NCBI GenBank assembly: GCA_964188305.1
Contig: OZ076893.1
Strand: one strand, 5' to 3'
DNA: 64,000 bases
Origin: Podarcis bocagei
Lineage: Eukaryota
Shown: positions 13,293 to 26,800 of the stretch, piece after piece
Position numbering within the stretch: the stretch's first letter is position 1
Layout of the letters: the number at the start of each line of letters is the position of its first letter
Program-made: the position numbers and the translations under genes
The notes under the pieces: generated by a model
The model's database searches: none
What the model saw: the letters and a program-made list of their open reading frames with translations, nothing else
What the model was told of the DNA's origin: nothing

Positions 13293-13352
<60 letters not shown>
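13293..13352. repeat. Compound microsatellite (CT)n(CA)n
   Basis: Read directly from the sequence. Confidence 0.95.
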
Positions 13353-13355
<3 letters not shown>

Positions 13356-16190
13356 ATCTACCAACCTGTTAACTGATAAGGGCCAAACTAAAAGGGGCAT
13401 TAAATGCATGATTGCTTTTTAACATGGCAAGTGTCCCCCCCATAAATAACAGTGTGTGTGTGTGTGTGTTTAGGAGAGAGAAATCAGGATTGAAACCATA
13501 GTGTGTGGGAAGGGAAGTAAACCTTTTCCTACCACCTGTGGTCCTGATGAAAGCCGTCACCCCCGCCAAGCTGCTGTCAGCACCAGATTGGAAAATTCCC
13601 TTTAATGCAATGGAAATGTGCATGTGTAGGTCAGGCATAAGCAGGAGCCCCTTATATATACACAATGTTATTCCACTTAACAAAAAGAAGCCCGAGAGAA
13701 AGGTGGAAAAGCCCCAACCAAGGGCCAATCAAACTGAGAGAAGAAAATCCTTTCTAACTCCATCAACTGGTGACTCCGATGCTCAGTGGAGGCTCTATAC
13801 TGTGGGAAGCCTAGGAAGCAAAATTCTGGAGCATAGCTGTCAATGTTTTCCTTTTTTTAAGGGAGATTTCCTTATTCCGAATAGGATTCCTTGCAAGAAA
13901 AGGGAAAAGTTGACAGCTATGTTCTGGAGGGGGAAGCCTCCTAAAGGCTTCTCTCCCCTCCTTCTCCCATGAGGGCCCACAGGAGAATTCTGTCTTTTGG
14001 GTCCCCACAGAAACAAGGCAAGAGTAAAACTTGCTCCATTTGCTGCTTCACTGTGCTTGTGCAATCAGTCAAAGCCAATCCCCAATCTCCACCATCCTTA
14101 ATTTATTCAGCGTAATTCCACACAGATCCACAGACACACTAATACGTACAAAGGCAATTGCAATATCTCTTCTCCTTGGCTTTTCCATAGCTGGTGTCAA
14201 TCTTCATCCAGGATGATGATCACTATTCCAGAGGAGAGAAGTAAACATCTGCCCTCCTTCTCATCATGCTCATGTACCACATTCATTGCTAGATGATATA
14301 TTTTAGCCTCATTCCATCTGCATGGCAATGCAGCAACCAGAATCCGTGCAAACATTTTGAGAACTGGTGCACTAAGAAAGGTCAGCCGTACAAAATTAAA
14401 AAGATTAATTGACCTACAGGAAGGAGATGGATTATCATTGATTATCAAGTGCATGTATTTCAGATGATGGATGAACGCGCACAGAATATTGATCTTTGCA
14501 AATTAGCTTGACTTTGGTCCTATACGATTTGCCTTTGGCCTTACCGCCACTAGGAAAATGATAAGAACCACATGGGCATGTTACAGGGAAGTTTATCGTG
14601 ATACAAGGTTGACTCCAATTGCAAAGCAGGAAAGAAAGGTTCTTCAGTTATCAGAAGCCTGAGAAACACAAATGTAAGGTCTCAAGGCAAACTAAAGATC
14701 CACTGGATATGGACAAGACCGTGAGTGTCTATATACCGTGCCTTTAGTGTTTATCAGATATTATTTGACTTGGGGAGGATGAAAGTCTCTGTGTGTTCAT
14801 TATGAGGTCCAAAAGAGCCCGGGGAGGGGGGTGCCAGCCCAGCCCTCACCACCGACACAACCCCATCCCCGCTGGAGCAAAACAGGTCTGCACTGAGCCA
14901 CCTGCCAGCCATGCAGGGGGCAGCCTGGCTGGCCAACGCAGCCCTTGGTGGGCCAGGCCATGCTGTAGTCACCTGCATGGGGGTGCTTGGTTTGCGCCTC
15001 CTCAAAAATTGTGCACCCCTGGCACCCCCACACAACACCCCTGCACAAAAGTAGAGAGGGCATAGTCTCCCAATTTCAGGTTGCTTGTTGGATAGGCTGG
15101 CACCTTACTGCAATTCCTTTCTACTGTAGCCCTGAAAATATACTAGGAAGATACGACTTTTTGTTGTATGGAGGGGTAGCTAGCCTGTGGCTCTCCAGAT
15201 GCTGTTGGAATACAACCCCCATCGCCCCAAGCCATTGGTCAGGCTTGCTCAGGCTGATGGGAGAAGGAGTCCAGCAACAGATTAGTCAGCCCCTGCTTTA
15301 TAGAATGGAATGGAATGGAATTAAGGAGGATGCTTTTAAAGAGGAACCTTAGAGACAGCTAAAATGTGACAGCTAAAACACCTGAAAGTACAAGCCTTTT
15401 TTAAAAAAATAATAATGGTGAGTTTCTCTGGTCATTTTTAATATATGTTTTATAAGGAGCTAAATGGTTAAGACCAACTCTTTCTCCTTTCATTGCACCT
15501 GAAAAATCGCAAGCAGAGTAGAATGGAGCTTGATTGTACAAAGTGCTGTGCAATCACAAAAGAAAATACAGGTCCTCATTGAAGTCTAATGTAATTTCTT
15601 CTAATGTCAACATTAAAACACCTGGCTTTAAATTAATGTAGAGTTTCCTGTGCGGCTAAATGGTTTGCTAATGTTAGTTTTCTAGCAGTCACTAAGGGAA
15701 TTTCCTTCCCATCAACCCCTGCAGTCAAGGCTGAATTTTAACAAATGTACAATCTATGACCCATGCACAGCATTTAAGAGCCTCTGAAGTGGCCATGGTT
15801 ATAAGTTAATGAGACCTGAGTGGAGGAAATGCCACCATTTATAAATGGAGAATGGAACCACATGGGTCGGCACCCTGATCTTAGGCATCACTGCTAAGTG
15901 GCTTGTGATAATAGTTGCAGTGGCATCTTTTGCAAAGCGAAGGAGGAATAATTAAGGCTTCCGTGAAGCTTGTCGGTGGCAATTAAATTATATTCATCTG
16001 AACGTGGAGCCTTGTATTGCACCCAAGTTGCTGCCTCAATGGCTTATTGGTTTTAAATGCCCTTAGGGGGAGGACTCTCTCAAGGCAGCTTACAAGAAAA
16101 CACTGGCTGTGTACACATTCAAGTTTACTCTGCAACCAGTGTACATCCCCATCCTTGGTTTGGGAAGTGGTATACACATGTGGTATACAC

Positions 16191-16450
16191 ATCGTGAAGC
16201 TGAGGCTCCAATACTTTGGCCACCTCATGAGAAGAGAAGACTCCCTGGAAAAGACCCTGATGTTGGGAAAGATGGAGGGCACAAGGAGAAGGGGACGACA
16301 GAGGACGAGATGGTTGGACAGTGTTGTTGAAGCTACCAGCATGAGTTTGACCAAACTGCGGGAGGCAGAGGAAGACAGGAGTGCCTGGCGTGCTCTGGTC
16401 CATGGGGTCACGAAGAGTTGGACACGACTAAATGATTAAACAACAACAAC
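16191..16450 (+). mobile_element. BovB 3' fragment
   Basis: Translates IVKLRLQYFGHLMRREDSLEKTLMLGKMEG...WTRLND*, with a (CAA)n tail. Probable TSD ATACAC(A/G)TGT at 16172-16181 and 16451-16460. Confidence 0.95.
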
Positions 16451-19400
16451 ATACACGTGTTAGCCACAATCCATGGCTATCCTTTTTTTTATGAACTGCT
16501 GCCTTTTAATGCATTTTCCCCCGAAACCAGCTTCAGTCCAAAGTGAGAAAAAACACAACCAAACTGCATTTTGAGCTGGTAATGTGTACGCATTGGCATT
16601 TAAAGCTATAAAACGATGAAACAACAGTCAGTCCCCAAAATTAAAAAGCTAATAGCAAGATGCAACTACAGGCATCCATCCAACAAGGACACCTCAAGAG
16701 AAAGTCCAGAAGAAGAGATGATGGCTGAGATGCATTTTGGGCACCATAACAGCTCTAGCTCTATGCAACAAAGCAGTGTTACCCAATGCCATTGCAGTTT
16801 TCTGCACAGTTCTGTGCTCTGAAGAGTTTCCCTCCACCTCTTTTGCTCTTCCAGCATTACTAGCCAAAATACTTAATACACAAGATGAATGCACTGTCAA
16901 ATGTACAGCTGAGACAGGAATGGCAGCAAGAAGACAAACATTTGTTTATGGAGAAATAAAAATAACATGGAAAGAGGTGGTGGCTAGCCATTGCCCTAAC
17001 CTGCATTTGGAAGCATGAAATATTTATCCTTGTCCTATAGTCTCATGTGACCCTCCGCTGTGGTTAATTGGGAGCATTTAGTCCTTTGGCTGGCTGCTCA
17101 TATGATGAATATTTAATCACAAAGGAAAGTTCTCCTTTGCAAGAGGAGACATCAGAGATGGGCTCCTGAAAATGAAACAAAGAGCTCCGTTACCTGGAAG
17201 GAGGCTTTCACACACCGTTCCAGAAGTCAAGAAAGGTCCAGCTAATTATCTCTGTGGTGAAGCAGCAAGCAAGTTTACCCTCTTGGTGACTTTGACATTT
17301 ATCCCTTCCTGTCGGAATAAAAAAATAAACTGAACAACAAAAGGCATTAGAGCCTTCTGCTCCAATTGGTCTGGATTAAGCTTAAGTGACTGGTGACATG
17401 GTAGCTCATGTAGAAGGTTGAACTCTCTTTGGTTCCCTCTGGCTTCCCCAGCAAGTCACAATGACAGTAAAGAAGCGGAGATAATCACAAAAGCTGTATA
17501 CCTTTCATGCTGTTTTAAAAACCCGTGCTAGGAGAATAATACAGGGTGAAGCAACATTTCCTGTAAATCCAAAAGTCGTAACAGCACAGTCCCATTCAGA
17601 TCTACTTATATGGAAGTTCCATTGAGTTCAGTGGGCTTCATCCGTAAAGGTGGGTATAGGACACAACAGAAGTTTTCCAGATTGGAATTTTGACAATTAA
17701 AAAAATAAATGCTGGAAATTGAGCACTGAAAAGAGGTTACCTTAAGGAAAGTGTGTCTTACTATTAAAGAGTTGTGTCATAATCAGTGTAGACTCACTGA
17801 AATCAAGTTAGTCCAGCTAATTAAGTGGGTCTATTTCAAATATGATTTAGGAGGCAATCCTATGCCAAGGTCAGGTGAGATGAGCAGTTTAGGATGCAAG
17901 CAGATCTCTTGTTCAGCCGGCTGATTCCCAGCTCATCTGGCATTGCGTTCTCAACCAAGGCTCTGCTGAAGAAAAACTCATCCTGTCTCAGCTGGGTCTC
18001 ATTCAGCTGAACTGAAGCTGGCTGAGCCAAGGCTGGTGAAAGTCCGAACAAGGGGTTGTTCTGGGGGCATGGTAAATTGAAATTCGCCTTAAGGTTTCTT
18101 AACCTTCAACATAACAATAAAGATAAAGTGAAAAAGTTTCGAATGGAAATAAATTTTCTGCCTCTTTCATGCTGAGTGAAAGCACATTGACATGGATATG
18201 TTTGGTTTAGGAATGTGGGGGGGGGGGTGCCAATGCACAGAGCCCTCAGCATATACTAATAGAAAGACAGAGCTAATACTTAGCACCTCATGTGGTTTTG
18301 TGTATCCCAGGAACGCTGCTACAGTCTATGATTCAAACCTCCATCTGGCCACTCAAATTAGAGCCCAATGTGGCAACTGTTTCACTCACAAAGCACAAAG
18401 GATTCAATTGTGATGTCTCTCAACAAGCCGATTTGATTATGGTGAAATATCTTTCTCTCCCCCTTCCCGCTTTCCATTTTATGGCTTGTTTATTTTGTTG
18501 TTTTCTAGTTTGCTACTAGAAGTATATGGATTGACAGTTGCTGCTGCCAAGAGGAAGCTGTGCCATGTTGGTCTCTGAAAGGCTGTTGTCTGTTTCGCTA
18601 ATATTACTGCCAAGACCCAGCCATTTTACTCACTGCTCAGAAACTTGTTTTGCAGTCTCTCTGCTGCCTGCATTTCCAATACTGCTTGAACATCAGCCCT
18701 CAAAACAGAAAGTTAGCCTGGCACTCGGTCTTCTTTTCTGTCCATACCAAAGCGTTCTGTGGGCACTTCACACGTCACCAAAAATTAGGAGAAAAGAGGG
18801 AACACTTGGGGGGCACCATGTTTCAATTATTTATCTGGAATATTTCTAATCCAACTTTCAATGCAACTGATCCTATGGGATGGTGGTGACAACACAATGG
18901 AAACTTCCAAGTTAAGCTATCACAATTAAAAACCACTTATTCACAAAGCAAGTGAGACAAATATGGTTAAAACCCAAAGCCTTAAAATACAAATCTTTAA
19001 AACACAGAGCAAACTACAACCTCTAGCAATAACTAACTAAAACTAATATCCTGCAAATGCCTGGGCAAGTAGGTTTTCACTTGACACCTATATGGGAAAA
19101 GGAGGCAGCAAGCATAGCTTCCTACAACCAGGGCAGCAACACCAAGAAAATCATTTCCTGTGTTGCCAGAAAGTATATAGCTCCCAATGGCAAGACAGCA
19201 AGAAGGTCCTCCTCTGAATGGTGGGGTGGGGAGCAGGAGTTCCTCAAGGTTGGTCAGATAAGCTCAATACATTGCACAGCTCTTTCGTTTCCAGATTTGG
19301 GATTTTCCTTGAGCAGGAACCCTAATCTGGGGCAGTGCCTAGTTTCTTGAAGTCTTAAAAGCCAACCTTTCCATTTGCACATTTCCTTATAGAATGCTAT

Positions 19401-19484
19401 AATTTCCATGGATAAAAAGGAAAATGACAGAATTTTAAGGAAGCACAGTGAAAAGCACAGCGAATGACCGCTCCTCACATCAAA

Positions 19485-20230
19485 TGGGGGGGTGCCTTTT
19501 GTGTGGTCGTGCACAGACCCCCAGATCCCATGCAGCTCCAAGCAGTATGGGCTGGCTTCGCCCTCCCCAGGCTGGATACCTGGAGGTCTCCGCCAACCTC
19601 AGTCAATTGCCCAATCCCGCCTGGGGACACATTGCCAGGGGGAGAGACCACCCTGCCCACACAACAGAGGGTGGATCTTACCTGGGAATCATCAGTTGGC
19701 TCCAGAGCTTCTCCCACCCTACCCACCCACAGTTAAGCCTTCTTTTGCAGGTTAACTTCTTCTCCACAGGTACGCTGGCGCTGCTACATCATGGTCACTG
19801 CTGAAGGGCCGGAAAGGAATTTTCCTGCATTGGCAGGTTTTGCTTTAGTCTATCTTCCCTAAATGGGGGAGGGGCGTGAAGCAGTGATCCACACCCCCCT
19901 CATGGCGGCGATCCCAGGGTTCCCTGTTAAAGGGGTCTTGAGCAAAGGCATTGGCCATACTCCGAGAGGTTGTCATTGCTCTCGCCTGCGACGGCGGCAA
20001 AACGGGGGGCGGCTCTCTGCTTGAGCATATGTTCTCCAGAGCCAGCCCAATCCCCACACATTCTGGATAACCCTGATGTCCCCCAGATCTCCGGCTGGGG
20101 ACTGGGAAGTATAAATGCCCAATGCCTGAGCCAAGGTCTCCGTACATCTGAAACTTAATAAAGTTGTGGCCAATTTTAATCTCATAGCATTATTCCACTC
20201 GGGAGTTACCTGGGGTTGGGGGGACTCCCC
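19485..20230 (+). mobile_element. GC-rich retroelement terminal-repeat-like segment (LTR or DIRS/Ngaro-like)
   Basis: GC/CpG-rich block with TATAAAT (~20110) followed by AATAAAGTTGTGGCC (~20157). No clean TSD found, and boundaries are approximate. Confidence 0.3.
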
Positions 20231-20248
20231 TGCCCATGCAATATGCTC

Positions 20249-20456
20249 CAGAAGTCCGTTTTACTTCCAAAACATTCAGAAACTAAGGTATGGCTTCCAA
20301 TTGGCTGCAGGAGCGTCCTGCAGCCGATCAGAAGCCGTGCTGGACGTTCAGCTTCTGAGGCAAAGTTCGCAAACCAGAACACATACTTCCAGGTTTGCGA
20401 TGTTCGAGTTCCAAGTTGTTCATGAACTAAGCTGTTCGAAAACCAAGGTACGACTG
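20249..20456. mobile_element. pogo/Tigger-type MITE, one end missing
   Basis: Right terminus GGTACGACTG|TA. Reverse-complement similarity to 31477-31736. Confidence 0.65.
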
Positions 20457-22485
20457 TATATAGATTGGATTTGGAGAGAAAAATAGCTTGGCTTTTCAAA
20501 TGATGTTTGCAGGTTGTAAAAATGCTAGTATGGGATTAGAATAATCAGTTCTACAGGCCTCATATTGCATCCCTACAATAGATAGTATTCATTTGTACGT
20601 ATGAAAAGTGTATTGTCCATTTTGAATTGTCTTTGATAGCTGAGAGTATGCAAGAGAGGATCCATAACTGGGAATGCAGAAACAAAAACAAGAAAAGCAC
20701 TATGCGAATGTTTGTCATCTAATTCAGGTGAGGACAAATTTCAGAAATGGGGAGCATGCTGACATTTGCCTATATGTGTTAAGATGTGAAAAAAGGCCAG
20801 AGAAAAATACCACCGGCAACTGAGTGCCTTTGGTAAATGTTCCCGTTGTTTCACATCACTTACAGGTAAAGGACATTTACTAGTCCACCAGTGTAAAGGG
20901 GGGAAAGCAGGTTCATGATGCAAACATAGCTGCTATTTCCCATGGGGGTCTCATAAATTTAAAACATTGATGTATTTGTCAGCCTTTATTAAGTTCCTGA
21001 CACTTACGGTAACACATTTTTACACACTCTCATACGTTCACTATTCATCAACACAATTTTATACATATTTGACACAAAAGCAGGTACGTTCTTCTTGCAC
21101 ACATTTGCAACGCTATTGTTCAGATTTGGAGGCATTTTATCTGCTACTATGAGGTTCTGTTATAGTTTTAGCCATCTTTTAATTAGAGAATCAGTAGCTG
21201 GTGTTGCTTTATTGCAATTTTATTTTTAATTAGCTGTGGAGGGTTTTTTTGTTATTGATTGCTCTTTTGTAAGCCATCCCACTCGGCCATGTGGTGGGAT
21301 TTAAATACAAAACATTTCTCCTTAATTTCAGCAATTTAATAAAGATGTACTTTTTGGCACTCACAGGAAAAATCCTTGAAGGAAAAAAAACAATGCCTTC
21401 TTCTGTCTTGTTTCCTTTTATAGAAAGGCCATTCCCTGCCCACAGTGTATCACTTTCCTACCTCAGACTTGGCACTTCCATGGTTCTTGAAGAGATTTGG
21501 CCTACAGTTCAGGCTGCACTTGAACCTTAGTCTCTGCTGATAAGTCTAATGAATTTTTCAACTCGTCATGTTTTGGCTCCAATACAAAACTGTAAAGCAA
21601 AATCCATATTTGGGTCACAGTTCATCATGAAAGCAGTACTTAGAAGCACTCTTGCTCTGTTCCAACTAGTTCATGTTTCTGTATTTTCCTCCCTTCGCTT
21701 TTATCTACTAAGAGCACAAATTTAATTACTCAGAATACTTCAGTTTTGCTCCCACGCACCAGCTCTACTGTGCTCATAGTGTTGTAACAAGCAGAGGTGG
21801 AAAATCTATGTCTATCTTCATTTCAGCCAGATTAAGTCCCTCAGAATCAATCCTTCCTCCTCAGAATGTCTCGTAAACAACACCCTGTCAGCTTCCCCTC
21901 CTTTTTCTTTTCCTTGTTGTTTGTTTTGTTTTTCATGAGCAATTTTAGGGTGGGTGGTTTCTAAATTTCTTCCGAGAACTCATTGTACGTCTTGATGCTG
22001 AATTCACTTAAACATATACTAAATGTTTGTTTATTTTCTTGCACAATGTATTTCTCCTTAAATTGAGGGATTTAAATGTAAATGAGTTTTGAAGAACACA
22101 ATTGAGCCTTATCAAAACATGGTTTAGTCTAATTTATTTTAGGTTCTTAATTCCCCCCCAAAACACACACACACACACACACACACACAATGATATTCTT
22201 CATGGAGTTGTAGCCTAAAACATCTAAGGGTACCAGGTTGGCAAAGGGAATTGTAGGGTCTTTGAGTTAGCCTACGGGCCACAGGTCAGGGCCAATTTTA
22301 AGCCTTGAGAGCACCATAAGAATGCAAAAAGAGCCCTGCAGGATAAGGCCAGAATTTCAGTTAGCACAGCATCCTTTTTCCAATCTGATGTCTGTGTGAA
22401 GTGCACAAGCAGGACGTGGGAGCAATAGCTCTCTCCCATTGCTTCCAAGCAACTACTACTCAGGGGGATAGTGCATCTAAACATA

Positions 22486-22848
22486 AAAGGTAAAAGGTAA
22501 AGGTACCCCTGCCCGTACGGGCCAGTCTTGCCAGACTCTAGGGTTGTGCGCTCATCTCACTCTATAGGCCGGGAGCCAGCGCTGTCCGCAGACACTTCCG
22601 GGTCACATGGCCAGCGTGACAAGCTGCATCTGGCGAGCCAGCGCAGCACACGGAATGCCGTTTGCCTTCCCGCTGGTAAGCGGTCCCTATTTATCTATTT
22701 GCACCCGGAGGTGCTTTCGAACTGCTAGGTTGGCAGGCGCTGGGACCGAACGATGGGAGCGCACCCCGCCGCGGGGATTCGAACTGCTTACCATGCGATC
22801 GGCAAGTCCTAGACACTGAGGTTTTACCCACAGCGCCACCCGCGTCCC
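22486..22848 (-). mobile_element. Sauria SINE, full length, young
   Basis: Perfect 11-bp TSD ATCTAAACATA (22475-22485, 22850-22860), tRNA-like head, (ACCTTT)n tail and many intact CpGs. Confidence 0.95.
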
Positions 22849-23425
22849 TATCTAAACATAGAAGTTGGAAATAGCTATTGTGGCTAGCAAAAGTTCTGAA
22901 TCTCTGAGCTTGCTTTCCAAAGTCAAGTCATGACCTGACTAAATGAAATGTCCATAGAGTCCCAACTCTCTCTGCAAATCCATCCCGAAGCCCACATGAC
23001 TGGTAACAGACCTGTCTAGCTGTGCCTCCACTCATTGGAACTGGGAAGAGAAGGCTTGCAAGCAGTATTCAATGACACTCGGACTTGGTCTGTGTTTGGT
23101 TAGACAAGCTCAGAGATCTCTTGCAACCAAGACTTGGAATTCTCCCTAGACCCTGTGGTAGTCTGCAGGGGCTAGCCATAAGGGGCTCCACACTTTCTGT
23201 AAAAGTCAGAGACATTGGATTATTTCAATGTGTTCTATGTGGGGCTGCCCTTATGTTTGGTCTGGGAGCTGCATCTAGTATAGAATGGGGTGGCACAGCT
23301 TGTGGCAGGGGTGGCCACAGGGGTGCTGAGGAAACTGCACTGGCTACCAGTATGCTGCCAGACTCAACTCCAAAATTCACCTGTTGGGATATAAAGTCCT
23401 AACTTTGGACCAGAATATCAGAGTG

Positions 23426-23426
<1 letters not shown>

Positions 23427-23456
<30 letters not shown>

Positions 23457-23473
23457 TGTATGTATGTATGTAT
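23427..23473. repeat. (TATG)n microsatellite
   Basis: Read directly from the sequence. Confidence 0.95.
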
Positions 23474-26107
23474 CAGAGCGATAGACCTTGTATGTATGGG
23501 GCCCCTGCCTGTGGTATCACATACACTGGAGGTTCATTCCATGGTTTCAGGCTAGGCCCCTTAGCCTGACTTGTAGAGCAATTGGCTTGTTGCGCTTAAA
23601 TTAGCATTGGCCCCACTGCTTCATCAGATATTAAAATCCTCTCCCCCCCCCTACCCCTTTCTCTTGGCTTTCCTAGAAGAAAGAGCTTACTTGTGGGCAC
23701 TGCTTGATGTTTTGCTGATAACTTTCCTATCCGTTTTTATCTTGCATTTTTGCTGTTGTATCCCCACTATGGTATTACTTTAAAGTTTACAAATAACTCA
23801 AATAAATAAATCAGCTTTTGGGGCTTTTGCCTAGTTCCCTGTGATTTTGAGCCAAAATGAAAGGTACTGTTCTGATGTGATTTTATTAGCTGTCCCATGA
23901 AAGATTTCCCCTTGGTGGAAAATCCAAATATACAGATATAAACATGAAGATTTGGCTGATCTGTAGACCTGATCTGTTCCACACTGCGACCCTACACATT
24001 TTGACTCACCGAGTCTAGGATGTGTGTTTAGCATTAGGGCTGTGGCCTGAATTGCCTGTTTCATATGCCATATGTGCATGGGGAAATTAGCATGGGTCAA
24101 CTCTTCAGTTCATGCAAAATTGACATTCCGAACACATCGTGCAGCCCTTTTTGATACATGGGCGGTGGCTTGTTCTGGAGGAAGAAGTGATATAACCTCC
24201 AGTATCTATAAAAGGAATGTGTTATAGCAGCTGGCAACTGTTCAATTTGTTTAGCTCTGAGCTCAGAGAAGAGCAGACCTCAAGTTGTGTGACTGAAAGT
24301 GGTTATTACAAGATTATATATGACGGCAGTAAACACAAGCAGGGCTCTTTAATGAACAGCTTGGGCAGAATACTGCCTTCCTTAGTTCTTAGGATTTTAC
24401 CAGGTGCTCATTTGAATAAAGTAGGAGAAAACAAATGGATTAATATGACATGTTTACTTCCTGGAGCAGATCTACTAATTGCAGCTGTGAACACTTAGAA
24501 AAACCTACCATCAGTTTGTATATATTCTTGTTACCAATTGGCATATATTAAAGAGGAGACTCAGATTAATATCTATGCATTTTATATGTTGCACAGATGC
24601 TGCTTCCATGTTCCATTGTCACCCATAACATGCAGGAACATTTACCACACCATGGCATGACAATATCACGCTGAACTGCTGTAGTCTTATCACATGTGTC
24701 TTCAGGCATCTTGATATCAACCAAGAACTCTAGTCAGCAAGTCCACCACTCGGAGGACTTGCTGACTAGAGTTATATACCATATATATACCATATATATG
24801 GTATATATATGGTATATATACCATATAATTAAGCGTAATATACCATAAAATTAAGCGTAATATTCCTTGTGTTGGTCTCATCTGGAGGTCTTTTTCAGAC
24901 ATCTAAAATACTCTTTTTGGTATCAGAGAGAATCCTTTAACTTGTTCTTTTGTCTAAGAAGAGACTGAGTCAATCTGACCACTCTTGCTTTTGTATCATG
25001 CTGGGGCAAGGCCCTGCGGAAACCAAACTTTCCTGACTGTTCAACTTCATACCATATTCTCTTTCACAGAAGATCTATCACCCTTCCTCTATTCTCTGAA
25101 ACTTTCAGTTTTGTTTGGGAGCCTTTCAACGTGAGCCGACGCTGTCAAAGGGAAGAGAGAGCCACCTTTGATTCATGTCAAATGAATCACGTGATTCCTT
25201 GATTCACATCAAATGAATTAATGCCTTCCCCTTCCGCTTCTTGCAAGTATGTTTGGTATTAACTGTTTAAGGAATTCATCGCAAAGAGCTATATTTAGCC
25301 TTCGCCATTTGGGAATCAGACAGTTCGTACTGTGGCACCAGCAAATGAATTAATAATCTCCTTATAATAAAGTAACCCATGCAGGCTCCATATATCACTG
25401 GTTGATCCCATCATCCCCTTCCACTTCACAACACATCCTCACCCATTGTGTGATAAATATTTTATACGGCCTCTATCCGACCAGATCTTTTCCCCGCCCT
25501 TCTAGACAGAGTGTATTAAACAACAAATAAAATCCCAGATGAAATATATGCTATGAAAACCCAGGGCAGAAACAGATTTATGTAGCGAGAATAAATCTTA
25601 AACAAACAAGAGTTTGAGGATCACGGCAAACACCTACAACTCTTGCAAGAGGTTATTCTCCCTTGGTTGATTTCACCCAGTGCCTCTCCCATCTCCTCAC
25701 TGCTGTGGGCAGACTCAAGTGAGCTGGCTTTGGAACCCCATAAACTAAAATGCAACCTGTATTAAAGCACCCTTGGCAATCACATCTTGTGTGTTATGTG
25801 AACGCTCAGCAAAGTTGCATCTCACAGGCAGAAGATTTAGATGTCCCTGGAGAACAATGTGGGAGCCTACACAAAGGAAAGTGTCAGCCACACATTGTTC
25901 CAAATATACATAAAGTTCTACTTTCTACATTAACTAGAGTTGCGTTCAGATTTGAGGATTCTTGTTTTCCTGATTATAGGGGCTAGCACTTCTATCCCAG
26001 ATTCCAGTGTTGTGTTTATACTGCATTTTCCTGTTTCCATTGCGGTGTTGTGGCTTTTTTGATCGACGTGCCACCAGGTTGCACAAAATTTTAAATGGTG
26101 GGAAAGT

Positions 26108-26313
26108 TTGTTGTTGTTGTTTAGTCATTTAGTCGTGTCCGACAGGGTCTTTTCCAGGGAGTCTTCTCTTCTCATGAGGTGGCCTAAGTATTGGAGCCTC
26201 AGCTTCAGGATCTGTCCTTCCAGTGAGCACTCAGGGCTGATTTCCTTCAGAATGGATAGGTTTGATCTTCTTGCAGTCCATGGGACTCTCAAGAGTCTCT
26301 TCCAGCACCATAA
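26108..26313 (-). mobile_element. BovB 3' fragment with internal deletion
   Basis: Translates LWCWKRLLRVPWTARRSNLSILKEISPECSLEGQ.... Lacks ~158 bp relative to the 30743 copy, with the junction at 26143/26144. Confidence 0.9.
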
Positions 26314-26745
26314 AGTACTGTATGCCAAAAAACAGTCCCAAGTTACAATGCACAATTCCTGGGATTTTTCAGGTTATTTGGAAGCAAATAACATGGAAAT
26401 GAACACTAAACTTCCACTAAATTCTGCTACTTTTCCAGAAGTGGTTTTCATGATGTGAAAGATCACATAAAATGTGGAAATTATCAGGTAAGGAAACACT
26501 GGGGAAATTGGACAAAGTGCTGTCTGAATGCAGCCTCTCTGCATTTTAAATGGGAGCTGCTTTTCTAGCTCTCCTGGGACCTTTAAAGGCCCACAATCAC
26601 ATTGGCTTGGTAAATTGCATTGGAGGGGAATCAGCACACTGTCAAGAGAAGCGATGGGTGTCAATTCTATGAAAAGGGCTGATGCACAGAATTATGAGGA
26701 GAGATGTTAAGGTGCTGGGAAAAGAAAAGAACAGAAAATGGATAA

Positions 26746-26748
<3 letters not shown>

Positions 26749-26793
<45 letters not shown>
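26749..26793. repeat. (TG)n microsatellite
   Basis: Read directly from the sequence. Confidence 0.95.
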
Positions 26794-26800
<7 letters not shown>

